A stretch of DNA of 32,000 nt from Abditibacteriaceae bacterium (GTDB lineage: Bacteria; Armatimonadota; Abditibacteriia; Abditibacteriales; Abditibacteriaceae): NCBI GenBank assembly GCA_965277285.1, contig OZ255721.1:3662737-3694736 (forward strand), given 5' to 3'. This document shows positions 24,813-32,000 of the stretch, one piece after another (the first letter of the stretch is position 1; every line of letters begins with the position of its first letter). The notes beneath the pieces are model-generated. The model searched no databases. It was not told the DNA's origin and saw only the letters and a program-made list of their open reading frames with translations. The translations under genes were made by a program, and so were the position numbers.

Positions 24813-25559
24813 ATGAAACTGAGTGTGTTGATGCCGGTGTGGAACGAGGGCGCGACGTTGCTCGAAATCTTGGAGCAAGTGCGCGCCGTGCCAGTCGAAA
24901 AAGAAATCATTCTGGTTGATGACGGTTCGACCGACGGAACGCGCGAACTCTTGCAATCTCTCATCGACGATGGTCGCGCTTGTGGCGAAAGCGCGCAAGG
25001 CGAAACTGGCGACTCCGAGGTACGCGTTGTTTTTCAGGAACATGGCGGCAAAGGCGTGGCGGTGCGGCGTGCTTTGGGTTTGGCGCGCGGCGAATGGACG
25101 ATTGTGCAGGACGCCGATTTGGAATATGACCCGCACGATTTTTTGAAGTTGCTGGCGTTCGCTGAAAAGAAACGAAACCGTTGTCAGTGCGTCTTTGGAA
25201 CGCGCTTGCTCAAAGGCAGTCCGTCGCGCGCGAATCAGGCGAAAAACAGCCGCACTTCGTTTTACTACGGGCGCATCGGGCTTTCGATCTGGTTTCGCAT
25301 TTTGTATGGCGCGCCCGTCAGCGATGTAGCGACGTGCTACAAAATGGTGCGCCGCGAACTGCTGCAAAGCCTCGATTTGCAAGGCCACGGTTTTGAACTC
25401 GACTTTGAAATCGCCGCGAAAGTGGCGCGGCGCGGCCATCGTATCTGGGAAGTGCCCGTTTATTATCAACCGCGCAGCGTTTTGGAAGGCAAGAAGATCA
25501 AAGCCGTGCGAGACGGAATTCGCGCCGCCTGGACATTGTTGAAACTGCGCTTTGTGTGA
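24813..25559 (+). CDS. GT2-family glycosyltransferase (polyprenyl-phosphate hexose synthase-like)
   Basis: 'LSVLMPVWNE...EIILVDDGSTDGT...QDADLEYDP' is the GT-A fold with the DxD motif. The 248-aa size is typical of DPM1/ArnC-like enzymes. Confidence 0.8.
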   Translation: MKLSVLMPVWNEGATLLEILEQVRAVPVEKEIILVDDGSTDGTRELLQSLIDDGRACGESAQGETGDSEVRVVFQEHGGKGVAVRRALGLARGEWTIVQDADLEYDPHDFLKLLAFAEKKRNRCQCVFGTRLLKGSPSRANQAKNSRTSFYYGRIGLSIWFRILYGAPVSDVATCYKMVRRELLQSLDLQGHGFELDFEIAAKVARRGHRIWEVPVYYQPRSVLEGKKIKAVRDGIRAAWTLLKLRFV

Positions 25560-25569
25560 AGTTCGGCTC

Positions 25570-25655
25570 AAGAACCCGAAGCGTAAGCGACGGGTGTGGC
25601 GTAAGAGTGCGAGATTTCTTTTACTTTTTACCCATCGCTTACGCTTCGGGTTCTT
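25570..25655. repeat. 25-bp-arm inverted repeat (1 mismatch) directly after the GT2 stop
   Basis: 'aagaacccgaagcgtaagcgacggg' (25570-25594) pairs with 'cccatcgcttacgcttcgggttctt' (25631-25655). Confidence 0.85.
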
Positions 25656-25723
25656 TGGTCTGGATGCAGCAACGCGTTGTAGGCGCGGTTTCTGATTTCG
25701 AGTACTCGATTGTGGTGAAACCT

Positions 25724-25882
25724 ATGGCGAAACGTCAATCTCTCAAAGGCTGGCTCAAACAGCCCGATAATCGTTTCAAGATAAATGTTTGCCTGAGTAT
25801 TTTCGTTCTTATTGTGATTGGCACGGGAGCAGTTAACCTACTCCTGGCATATCTGCTTTTTCTTTTTGGCATCGAGTTGTAA
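25724..25882 (+). CDS. Possible 52-aa single-pass membrane peptide
   Basis: ATG 25724 gives 'MAKRQSLKGWLKQPDNRFKINVCLSIFVLIVIGTGAVNLLLAYLLFLFGIEL'. It has a basic N-terminus and a long hydrophobic stretch. There is no homology evidence. Confidence 0.25.
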   Translation: MAKRQSLKGWLKQPDNRFKINVCLSIFVLIVIGTGAVNLLLAYLLFLFGIEL

Positions 25883-25898
25883 TTGTGCAGGCCTTTTA

Positions 25899-27968
25899 AT
25901 GATTTTTTCGCGGCGCGTAGCGCTTGGAACCTTGTGCAGCCTGCTCGCTTTAGCGGGTTGTCATCAGCCGTCGGCGACCGATGTGGTGCGCGAGCGCGTG
26001 CAGAACGCGGTCGAGAAAAACAAAGATGCCATCCAGGATTTCGGCACGCTCGTCACCAAGAATTCCAAACTCACCGGCAACGACGCGCAAGGCCGTCCTT
26101 TGTGGAGTTTGCAATTCAAGCTGGGGCAAATTCACAACGAAAGCGACGCCAATTCCAATGCGACGCGTCATGGCGATTTGCAAAACGCGCACGCCACGTT
26201 GTACCGCGACGGCAAACCAGAAACGACCTTCAGCGCCCAGAAGATCAAGTTCTCCGATTCGCCGCACGGCTTGCTGATGACGCTCAGCGACGGCGTGCAG
26301 GCAACGACACAACCAAGCGCGCTGACCAACGCCAAACCAAACGCCAAACCCGACGCGAAATCGAGTACTCGAAGCGCGACATTGCCCGTTCAGACGTTGC
26401 CGGTTCAAATGAAAACCGCGCAACTGCAGATTGATGTCGGGGCGCGGCATTTAAGTTCCGACTCGCTGGTCACGATGACGCAAGGACAAACGGTCGTCGT
26501 CGCGCAAAAAATGACGGCGGACACGTCTTTAGCCGTCGCGCACGCCACGAATGGCGTGGTTGCGACAAGCCCGCAAGGTCGCATCACGGCGCAAAACGCG
26601 GTCTGGTCGTGGGGCAAAGGTCGCGCGCAGGCGACGGGAAATGTCACGATTTCGCACAACCAAACGCAGCTCGTCGGGCAAACTTTAGATGCTGATTCCA
26701 CTGGCGGGCGTGGCGCCTTGAGCGGAAAAAATGGCGTGACGGCGACTTCGCCGCAGGGCGCGGCCAAAGCGGATCGAGTACTCTACAATTGGAATGCGGG
26801 GCGCGTTTCCGCTGTCGGCGGCGTCACGATGCAGAAAGAAGGTTCGACGTTGCGCGCGTCGCAGATCGATTCCGACGACAAATTGAACGCCGCGACTGCC
26901 AGCGGCGAAGTCGTGCTGACGCGCGGCGACGCGACGGTTCGTGCGACGCACTTGCAAGCCTTCGATAAAATGACGCGCGTAGTTGCGACAAATGGCACGA
27001 CCGTTCAGCGTCCCGGAGAAACGCTCAACGCCGACAACGCGACCGTCTGGTTGAATGAAAAACGCGCGACGGCCAACGGCAATGTGAGCTTGACGCGCGC
27101 CGATGGTACCTTGACCGCGAATCGCGCCGATTACGATTCGGCGTCCGCTTATGCGACCGCAAGCGGCGATGTCGTGATCCGTCATCAGGGTGCCACGCTC
27201 AAAGCCGATCACGCCGAATACTGGACGCAAAGCGGTCGCGCGATTGGAACTGGAAACGTTTCTCTGCTGCGCCGCGATGTCACGGTGGACGCCAATCGCG
27301 TCGAAGCCGAAAACGTTTCCGACCAGAACAAAACGCAAATCGTGGCGACCGGCGATGTCCACGCGCGCGCCAATCAAGGCACGATTCGCGGGCAGCGCGT
27401 GACGTGGAACAATCGCGGCGCGGTGGCGACGGGCGATGTCACTTTGCAGCGCAGCGGCAACACTTTGCGCGGGCAGCGTTTGGAAACTGATGCGCAATTC
27501 AACAGCGCGACCTTGAGCGGCGGCGTCAGCGGCGACTTGAGCAGCGGCGGCACGTTTTCGGGCAACGCGATGCACTGGGTTCGCGTACTCGATGGACGAA
27601 TTTTGCCGCAGAACGGGCGCGTCACGGCGCGTGGCGGCGTGGAAATGCGGCGTCAAGGCGTAGTTTTGCGCGCCCCGGATTTGGATGCGTCGGGCGATGG
27701 GAAAAACGTGCTGATGTCGGGCGGCGTGGTTGCGACCGGCAAAGATGGTGCGGAAGTGCGTTCGCAGACAGCGCGTTACGATGCGTCGCGCCAAACGATT
27801 GTCGCGCAGGGCGATGTCTGGTACAAAGACGCTGGCGGCAATCGCTTGCATGGCACCAATCTGGTGGCGCGCCTGGTTGGAAACACCTTCAAGGACGCGA
27901 CTCTGGACAACGTGCGCGGCAAAGGTCATTCTCAGATTTTTAGCGGCAAAACTTTGTTCGGCGATTGA
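25899..27968 (+). CDS. Lipoprotein made of many tandem LptC/LptA (OstA-like) beta-jellyroll repeats
   Basis: The lipobox signal is 'MIFSRRVALGTLCSLLALAG/C'. At least 8 iterations follow of the OstA-like unit, e.g. 'TLTANRADYDSASAYATASGDVVIRHQGATLKADHAEYWTQSGRAIGTGNVSLLRRDVTVDANRVE'. It lies upstream of an lptA-like gene and lptB. Confidence 0.7.
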   Translation: MIFSRRVALGTLCSLLALAGCHQPSATDVVRERVQNAVEKNKDAIQDFGTLVTKNSKLTGNDAQGRPLWSLQFKLGQIHNESDANSNATRHGDLQNAHATLYRDGKPETTFSAQKIKFSDSPHGLLMTLSDGVQATTQPSALTNAKPNAKPDAKSSTRSATLPVQTLPVQMKTAQLQIDVGARHLSSDSLVTMTQGQTVVVAQKMTADTSLAVAHATNGVVATSPQGRITAQNAVWSWGKGRAQATGNVTISHNQTQLVGQTLDADSTGGRGALSGKNGVTATSPQGAAKADRVLYNWNAGRVSAVGGVTMQKEGSTLRASQIDSDDKLNAATASGEVVLTRGDATVRATHLQAFDKMTRVVATNGTTVQRPGETLNADNATVWLNEKRATANGNVSLTRADGTLTANRADYDSASAYATASGDVVIRHQGATLKADHAEYWTQSGRAIGTGNVSLLRRDVTVDANRVEAENVSDQNKTQIVATGDVHARANQGTIRGQRVTWNNRGAVATGDVTLQRSGNTLRGQRLETDAQFNSATLSGGVSGDLSSGGTFSGNAMHWVRVLDGRILPQNGRVTARGGVEMRRQGVVLRAPDLDASGDGKNVLMSGGVVATGKDGAEVRSQTARYDASRQTIVAQGDVWYKDAGGNRLHGTNLVARLVGNTFKDATLDNVRGKGHSQIFSGKTLFGD

Positions 27969-27975
27969 AAATCGT

Positions 27976-28041
27976 GTAGGGGCGTCAGCTTGCTGCGCCC
28001 AACGTTTCACAAACACGGGCGCAGCAAGCTGACGCCCCTAC
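27976..28041. repeat. Perfect 25-bp-arm GTAGGGGC...GCCCCTAC hairpin
   Basis: 'gtaggggcgtcagcttgctgcgccc' (27976-28000) is the exact reverse complement of 28017-28041. The loop is 16 nt. Confidence 0.95.
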
Positions 28042-28069
28042 GATAACGTTTGAACTTAGGAAAACGATC

Positions 28070-29239
28070 ATGCAATTGAAAAATAGGAAACATCCGCGCG
28101 CGACTTTGCGAACCATCAATCGAGTACTCGAATCGGCGCTGTGGAGCGGCGCTTTGTTGCTTTCGCTGAGTGTTGCGGCGCACACTCAACCTACGGCGCG
28201 CGCTGGCTTCGATTTCGGCGGCAAAAAATTCTCGAAGCGCGACAATGGTGTGCGATTAGACGGCGATGCTTATATCAAATCGCCGCAATTGGACGCACGT
28301 GCCAACACCATCGCCTTCGATTTCGAGGGTCGTCAGGTCACTTCGGTGCGCGCCGTTGGTGGCGTCAATTTGAAGATTAACATGGTGCCGCGCGGTGGCG
28401 GCGCTCCGGCGCGCATCGAAACCACCAGCGACAACGCCAGCCTCGATCCGGTCAATCGCGTTCTAATTTTGACGGGCAATGTCGATGGTTTTTACCAATT
28501 GCAGGGCGGCGCCAGAAACACCTTGAAAGGCAGCAAAGCGACCATCAATTATTCGGTGGCGAAACAATTTTCGGCCAATGTCGAAGGCGGTAGCGGCGGC
28601 GTGCAACTCGTTATTCCTGCGCCGGAAACGCCTGCGGGAACGACGCAGCAAATCGGCGCCATTACAGTTACGGGACAAAACCTAAACGTGGACAGCGCGC
28701 AATCGACGGCGGTTGTGACGGGCAACGCGCACGCATTTTCGACGGGCGGCGCCACGCGCTTTGATTTTACCGGCCCTAATTTCACTGTCACGCGCGAAGC
28801 CGCGACTGGCGCGATGACCAATCTTCGCTCCAGCGGACGCTCGTTGCTCAAAGTGAATTTGCCCGTCGCGCCTGTCAGTACAACAACGGCAACGCCAGTC
28901 GCGCCCACGACTTCGAGTACTGGAAACGTTGTGGGGACGAACAATCCGGGTCGCCCGACTTATCTCGAAGTGGCGGGCGATGCCGTTACGATCAACGTGG
29001 CGCGCGATGCGAGCGGCGCGATGCAATTGAGCACGTTGACTTTCGACGGCAACGTCACCGGTTTTTATCGCCTGCAAACGCCGGACGGCAAAACGACCGA
29101 CAACCGTTTTACGGGCGATCATGCGGTTATCCAAAACGTCGGAAGCAGCGCAAGTGGTGCATCGAACGCCGCCAATTTCCAGATCGAAGTGACGGGCGCG
29201 CCAGTCAATATCCAAACGCCGTTTGAACTGGGCTTTTAA
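28070..29239 (+). CDS. LptA/OstA-like periplasmic LPS-transport protein (extended, 389 aa)
   Basis: The signal or anchor is 'ALWSGALLLSLSVAAHT'. OstA-like units are present ('DGDAYIKSPQLDARANTIAFDF...VRAVGGVNLKI', 'ASLDPVNRVLILTGNVDGFYQL'). It lies immediately upstream of lptB. Confidence 0.65.
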   Translation: MQLKNRKHPRATLRTINRVLESALWSGALLLSLSVAAHTQPTARAGFDFGGKKFSKRDNGVRLDGDAYIKSPQLDARANTIAFDFEGRQVTSVRAVGGVNLKINMVPRGGGAPARIETTSDNASLDPVNRVLILTGNVDGFYQLQGGARNTLKGSKATINYSVAKQFSANVEGGSGGVQLVIPAPETPAGTTQQIGAITVTGQNLNVDSAQSTAVVTGNAHAFSTGGATRFDFTGPNFTVTREAATGAMTNLRSSGRSLLKVNLPVAPVSTTTATPVAPTTSSTGNVVGTNNPGRPTYLEVAGDAVTINVARDASGAMQLSTLTFDGNVTGFYRLQTPDGKTTDNRFTGDHAVIQNVGSSASGASNAANFQIEVTGAPVNIQTPFELGF

Positions 29240-29257
29240 GCCCAAACTCGATGAGAT

Positions 29258-29327
29258 TGTAGGGGCTTAGCGTGCCAAGCCCTTGTCTCGATGCGGCGCT
29301 GCGGGCTTGGCACGCCAAGCCCCTACA
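29258..29327. repeat. GTAGGGGC...GCCCCTAC hairpin (25-bp arms, 1 mismatch)
   Basis: 'tgtaggggcttagcgtgccaagccc' (29258-29282) pairs with 'gggcttggcacgccaagcccctaca' (29303-29327). Confidence 0.9.
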
Positions 29328-29367
29328 CAACGCGCGCGGTTAGTTAAGGTGTCGGCCACTGGAAATT

Positions 29368-30255
29368 ATGAACATCATGCCCGATTCTTCGGCCACTCAA
29401 AACGATTCTCTGAGCGCGCCCGCGAGCGATTCCGCAAACGCGAGCGCGAGCGTTCCAGTACTCGATGCGGCGCGCAAAGTTGCGGTGGAAATTCGCGGGC
29501 CGGAATTTATTACGGCGCGCGGGCTGCAAAAAAGTTACGGCGGGCGCATGGTTGTCAACGGCGTGGACATCGAAGTTCGTCGCGGCGAAGTCGTCGGACT
29601 TTTGGGGCCAAACGGCGCTGGCAAAACAACTTCGTTTTATATGATTATGGGTTTGGTGCGCCCCAATGCGGGTGTCGTGCGCTTGGGCGACAAAAACATC
29701 ACGCACTGGCCGATGCACAAGCGCGCGCGTGCAGGAATTGGTTATCTGGCGCAGGAACCATCGGTTTTTCGCCAGTTGAGCGTGGAAGACAACATCCGCG
29801 CCGTCCTGGAATTGATGCCGCTTTCGCCAGCACAGCAGGCCGAACGCTTGGAAGAATTATTGGATGACCTCGATTTGACGGAGCGCCGCCGTTCGCGCGG
29901 CTTGTCTTTGTCGGGCGGCGAGCGACGACGCACAGAAATCGCGCGCACATTGGCGCGTGATCCGGCTTTTATTTTGTTGGACGAACCTTTCACGGGCGTT
30001 GATCCGATTGCGCGGCGCGACATCCAGCGCACGGTGATTCGCTTGAAACATCGCGGCATTGGCATTTTGATTACCGACCAGAACGAACGCGATACACTGG
30101 ACATCGTGGATCGTGGCTACATCGTCAGCGGCGGCCAGATTTTGACGCAGGGCACGGCGGATGAATTGTTGCAAGACGAGCAAGCGCGCGCTGTTTATTT
30201 TGGCGAACGCTTCGAGCGACCTTTCAATTCTTCCGAACCCTCTGAACCTTCCTGA
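29368..30255 (+). CDS. lptB: LPS export ABC transporter ATP-binding protein LptB
   Basis: 'GLQKSYGGRMVVNGVDIEVRRGEVVGLLGPNGAGKTTSFYMIMGLV...GIGYLAQEPSVFRQLSVEDNI...LSGGERRRTEIARTLA..FILLDEPFTGVDPIA...ITDQNERDTL' is collinear with E. coli LptB. A low-complexity N-terminal extension of about 45 aa makes the true start uncertain. Confidence 0.9.
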   Translation: MNIMPDSSATQNDSLSAPASDSANASASVPVLDAARKVAVEIRGPEFITARGLQKSYGGRMVVNGVDIEVRRGEVVGLLGPNGAGKTTSFYMIMGLVRPNAGVVRLGDKNITHWPMHKRARAGIGYLAQEPSVFRQLSVEDNIRAVLELMPLSPAQQAERLEELLDDLDLTERRRSRGLSLSGGERRRTEIARTLARDPAFILLDEPFTGVDPIARRDIQRTVIRLKHRGIGILITDQNERDTLDIVDRGYIVSGGQILTQGTADELLQDEQARAVYFGERFERPFNSSEPSEPS

Positions 30256-30316
30256 CGATCCTGCAAACGCGATTCGAGTACTCGAATTATGATCTCGGCT
30301 TCTTTTTCTCCGCGCG

Positions 30317-32000
30317 ATGTTCAAGTATCAAACCATCATTATTCTGTTGCTCGTGCTGGGCGCGGCGACGTGTTTCATCGCCTATATGTCTGACCAGTTG
30401 GGCATGAAGCTGGGCAAAAAGCGCATTTCTCTGAATGTCGGGCGTTTCAGTTTGCGTCCGCGCCAGACGGCGACCGCGCTGTCGATGGCTTCCAGCCTGG
30501 CCGTGATGATCGTGACGATGCTGGTGCTTTTGGCGATTAATCCGTCGCTGCGCCAAGGCTTGCTTTATTACGATGAAGCGCGCCGCGAAAACGCGCGGCT
30601 GAGCGGTCTCAATGCAGAACTCAAAACTCAATCCGATCAGCAAAGCAACGCGATCAAAAAGCAAACGCAATCCAATCAACAGCTCGAAAATTCGTTGCGC
30701 GGCAAAAACCTGCAACTCGTCGGCTTGAACAATCGCGTCAGCCAAACGCAGCAACAAGTCAACGCCGCGCAACAGCAATTGGACGCGGCGCAACACAATT
30801 TACATAGTGCGCAATCCGAACGCGAAGCGGCACAACACGCGCGTGACGCCGCTCAGTCGGCGCGCGATGCGGCGCAAGCGGCGCAGAATCGGGCGCAAGC
30901 CGGACAGCAGCAAGCGCGTCAGGGTGAAGCGCAGGCGCGCGCCGGTTTCCAAGAAGCTCAGTCGCGTTTTCAAGCGGCGCAAGCGCGCTTTGTGCAGGCG
31001 CAGCAACAGGAAAAAATCGCGCGGCAACGTGTTACGACCGCGCGCACGGAGTTGCATAGCGCCAACGCGCAGCTTTCGAGTACTCAATCAAAATTGGCGA
31101 ATGCGCGCGTTCTTCTCAACGCAGCGAAGCAGCAAACGGCGACGGCTCAACGTCAAGCCGCCAATGCGCAACGCCAGACTTTGGATGCGCAACGACAAAC
31201 AGCGGAAACCATGCGCCTGAAAGCCAATGCCAATGCTCAACTGGCGATAGCCGCTCAGAACTTGAGCATCGCCAAAGGTGTTTTGTCGGGCGAGATCAAA
31301 GTCATTGTTCCCGCCGGTCAAGTTTTTAGCGCCGCGACCATTCCCGCGCAAACCAACTCCGCGCAAGTTTTGGATATTTTGCATAAATTGCTCGCGCAAG
31401 CCGCACAAAACGCCAGGGCAATGAATTTTCAGTCGATCAATCTGGACATGACTTCCTTCCGCCAGGACGATCCAATTGCGGACTTGAGCGAAGAACAACA
31501 ATTGAAGTTGGCGGCGGACGTTTATGCGGCTCAAACGCCTATTTCAGTGCGAATCGTCGCCGCGCGCGATCATCCTGAAGGCGAAACCGAGCTTGTGGTG
31601 CGACCTTTTGGCGTCGAGGTGCATTCGGCTTTCACGTCCGGCGAAGTCATTGCTCAGACCACCATTAACGGAAGTCAAAGCGGTGCGCAAGGCGATGCGC
31701 AAGTTTTTAATCGCTTGCTCAGCTTGCTCGATGAAGGTCAGAAAGTCGCGGCAGCACGCGGCGTGGCGCCGATTCCTTCCACAGCGGAACCCAATATCTA
31801 TGCTTCTGATACGCGATTGAGCATCTTCCAAGCGCTGCGCCAGATCCAGCAAAAAGGTGGCGAAGTTCCGGTTCGTCTGGTCGCTGCAACTGCACTTTCC
31901 ACGATTGAACCTGTTCATATACGCATCGAAGTCGGCGATGCAACTTCAACTTCCGATGCGACACCAGGCATAACGCCAGACAAGGTTTCCGGCGCGCCAC
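30317..32000 (+). CDS. DUF3084-like membrane-anchored coiled-coil protein (3' end outside window; absent from the supplied ORF track)
   Basis: My own translation from ATG 30317 is open to base 32000 (561 codons). It reads 'MFKYQTIIILLLVLGAATCFIAYMSDQLGMKLGKKRISLNVGRFSLRPRQTATALSM...', followed by about 200 aa of Q/A-rich heptad-like coiled coil and then a globular region. The N-terminal 'GxKxGKKRxSLxxxxLRPRQTA' is the DUF3084 hallmark as I recall it. Confidence 0.75.
   Translation, partial: MFKYQTIIILLLVLGAATCFIAYMSDQLGMKLGKKRISLNVGRFSLRPRQTATALSMASSLAVMIVTMLVLLAINPSLRQGLLYYDEARRENARLSGLNAELKTQSDQQSNAIKKQTQSNQQLENSLRGKNLQLVGLNNRVSQTQQQVNAAQQQLDAAQHNLHSAQSEREAAQHARDAAQSARDAAQAAQNRAQAGQQQARQGEAQARAGFQEAQSRFQAAQARFVQAQQQEKIARQRVTTARTELHSANAQLSSTQSKLANARVLLNAAKQQTATAQRQAANAQRQTLDAQRQTAETMRLKANANAQLAIAAQNLSIAKGVLSGEIKVIVPAGQVFSAATIPAQTNSAQVLDILHKLLAQAAQNARAMNFQSINLDMTSFRQDDPIADLSEEQQLKLAADVYAAQTPISVRIVAARDHPEGETELVVRPFGVEVHSAFTSGEVIAQTTINGSQSGAQGDAQVFNRLLSLLDEGQKVAAARGVAPIPSTAEPNIYASDTRLSIFQALRQIQQKGGEVPVRLVAATALSTIEPVHIRIEVGDATSTSDATPGITPDKVSGAP

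Larger units (their letters stand above)
99..30285. repeat. Dispersed iterated palindrome TCGAGTACTCGA (19 perfect copies, ~18 near-copies)
   Basis: Perfect copies start at 99, 387, 1425, 1889, 7140, 7807, 8629, 10487, 11071, 12866, 16248, 17032, 17956, 20866, 22655, 25698, 26361, 28120 and 30274. All were verified by counting in the sequence. Confidence 0.95.

Noticed and set aside
24753-25571. 272-aa minus-strand ORF opposite the GT2 gene
   Set aside because: The + strand product has the GT-A DxD signature (VDDGSTDGT, QDADLEYDP). The antisense ORF has none.
26685-28016. 443-aa minus-strand ORF opposite the LptC/LptA-like gene
   Set aside because: The + strand frame has a lipobox signal, periodic OstA-like repeats and an lpt genomic context. 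The antisense product is Arg-rich with no features.
14249-29327. CRISPR array or integron attC sites as an explanation for the many hairpins
   Set aside because: There is no regular repeat-spacer periodicity. The repeats are inverted rather than direct, and they are separated by whole genes. There are no cas genes or intI, and no GTTRRRY core sites at hairpin bases.
30287-31918. Track ORFs 30287..30796(-), 30800..31087(-), 30807..31220(+), 31088..31534(-), 31524..31820(+), 31544..31918(-)
   Set aside because: All overlap the unlisted 561-codon open frame starting at 30317, which has a recognisable N-terminal motif and a coiled coil. These are its shadows.
1-32000. tRNA, rRNA, tmRNA or other classical structured RNA genes
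   Set aside because: Reading the gene-free stretches (6396-6535, 14103-14369, 18030-18205, 20786-21588, 22162-22669) I found no cloverleaf-compatible segments or conserved rRNA blocks. Only the palindromic repeat families are present. A covariance-model scan would be needed to exclude small ncRNAs.

Overview
About 60% GC bacterial chromosome segment, probably from a diderm because it carries a kdsC/lptA/lptB LPS-export cluster. The phylum cannot be determined from this window. All family calls come from motifs read in the supplied translations; no searches were run.

Layout:
- Housekeeping genes lie at both ends. Left: CCA-enzyme tail, GT11 fucosyltransferase, trmFO, xerC, membrane GAF-PP2C phosphatase, nei. 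Right: kdsC, GT-C plus GT2 glycosyltransferases, two very long LptC/LptA-like proteins, lptB, and a DUF3084 protein that runs off the window and is missing from the ORF track.
- The centre (11.9-20.2 kb, minus strand) holds three large same-strand genes, and this is the best candidate for an undescribed conflict or programmed-death-type system. They are a Sec-exported caspase (peptidase C14) with a DUF4384 tail, a 1219-aa DUF4062 + nSTAND-type P-loop NTPase + transmembrane helix + TPR protein, and a 2TM/RCK(TrkA_N)/RyR-domain membrane protein.

Sequence-level oddities:
1. The 12-bp palindrome TCGAGTACTCGA occurs 19 times perfectly, plus about 18 near-copies, in all codon phases and inside terminator hairpins. 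This behaviour resembles cyanobacterial HIP1.
2. Almost every intergenic spacer carries a long inverted repeat. Examples are the GTCATTCTGAGCGCAGCGAAGAATCT family, including a perfect 52-bp-arm hairpin and a three-layer nested palindrome, and the GTAGGGGC...GCCCCTAC family.
3. A roughly 100-bp degenerate duplicate of a gene's 3' end brackets a 1.25-kb two-gene insert.
4. Two genes in AT-richer patches are each broken by a single in-frame stop.
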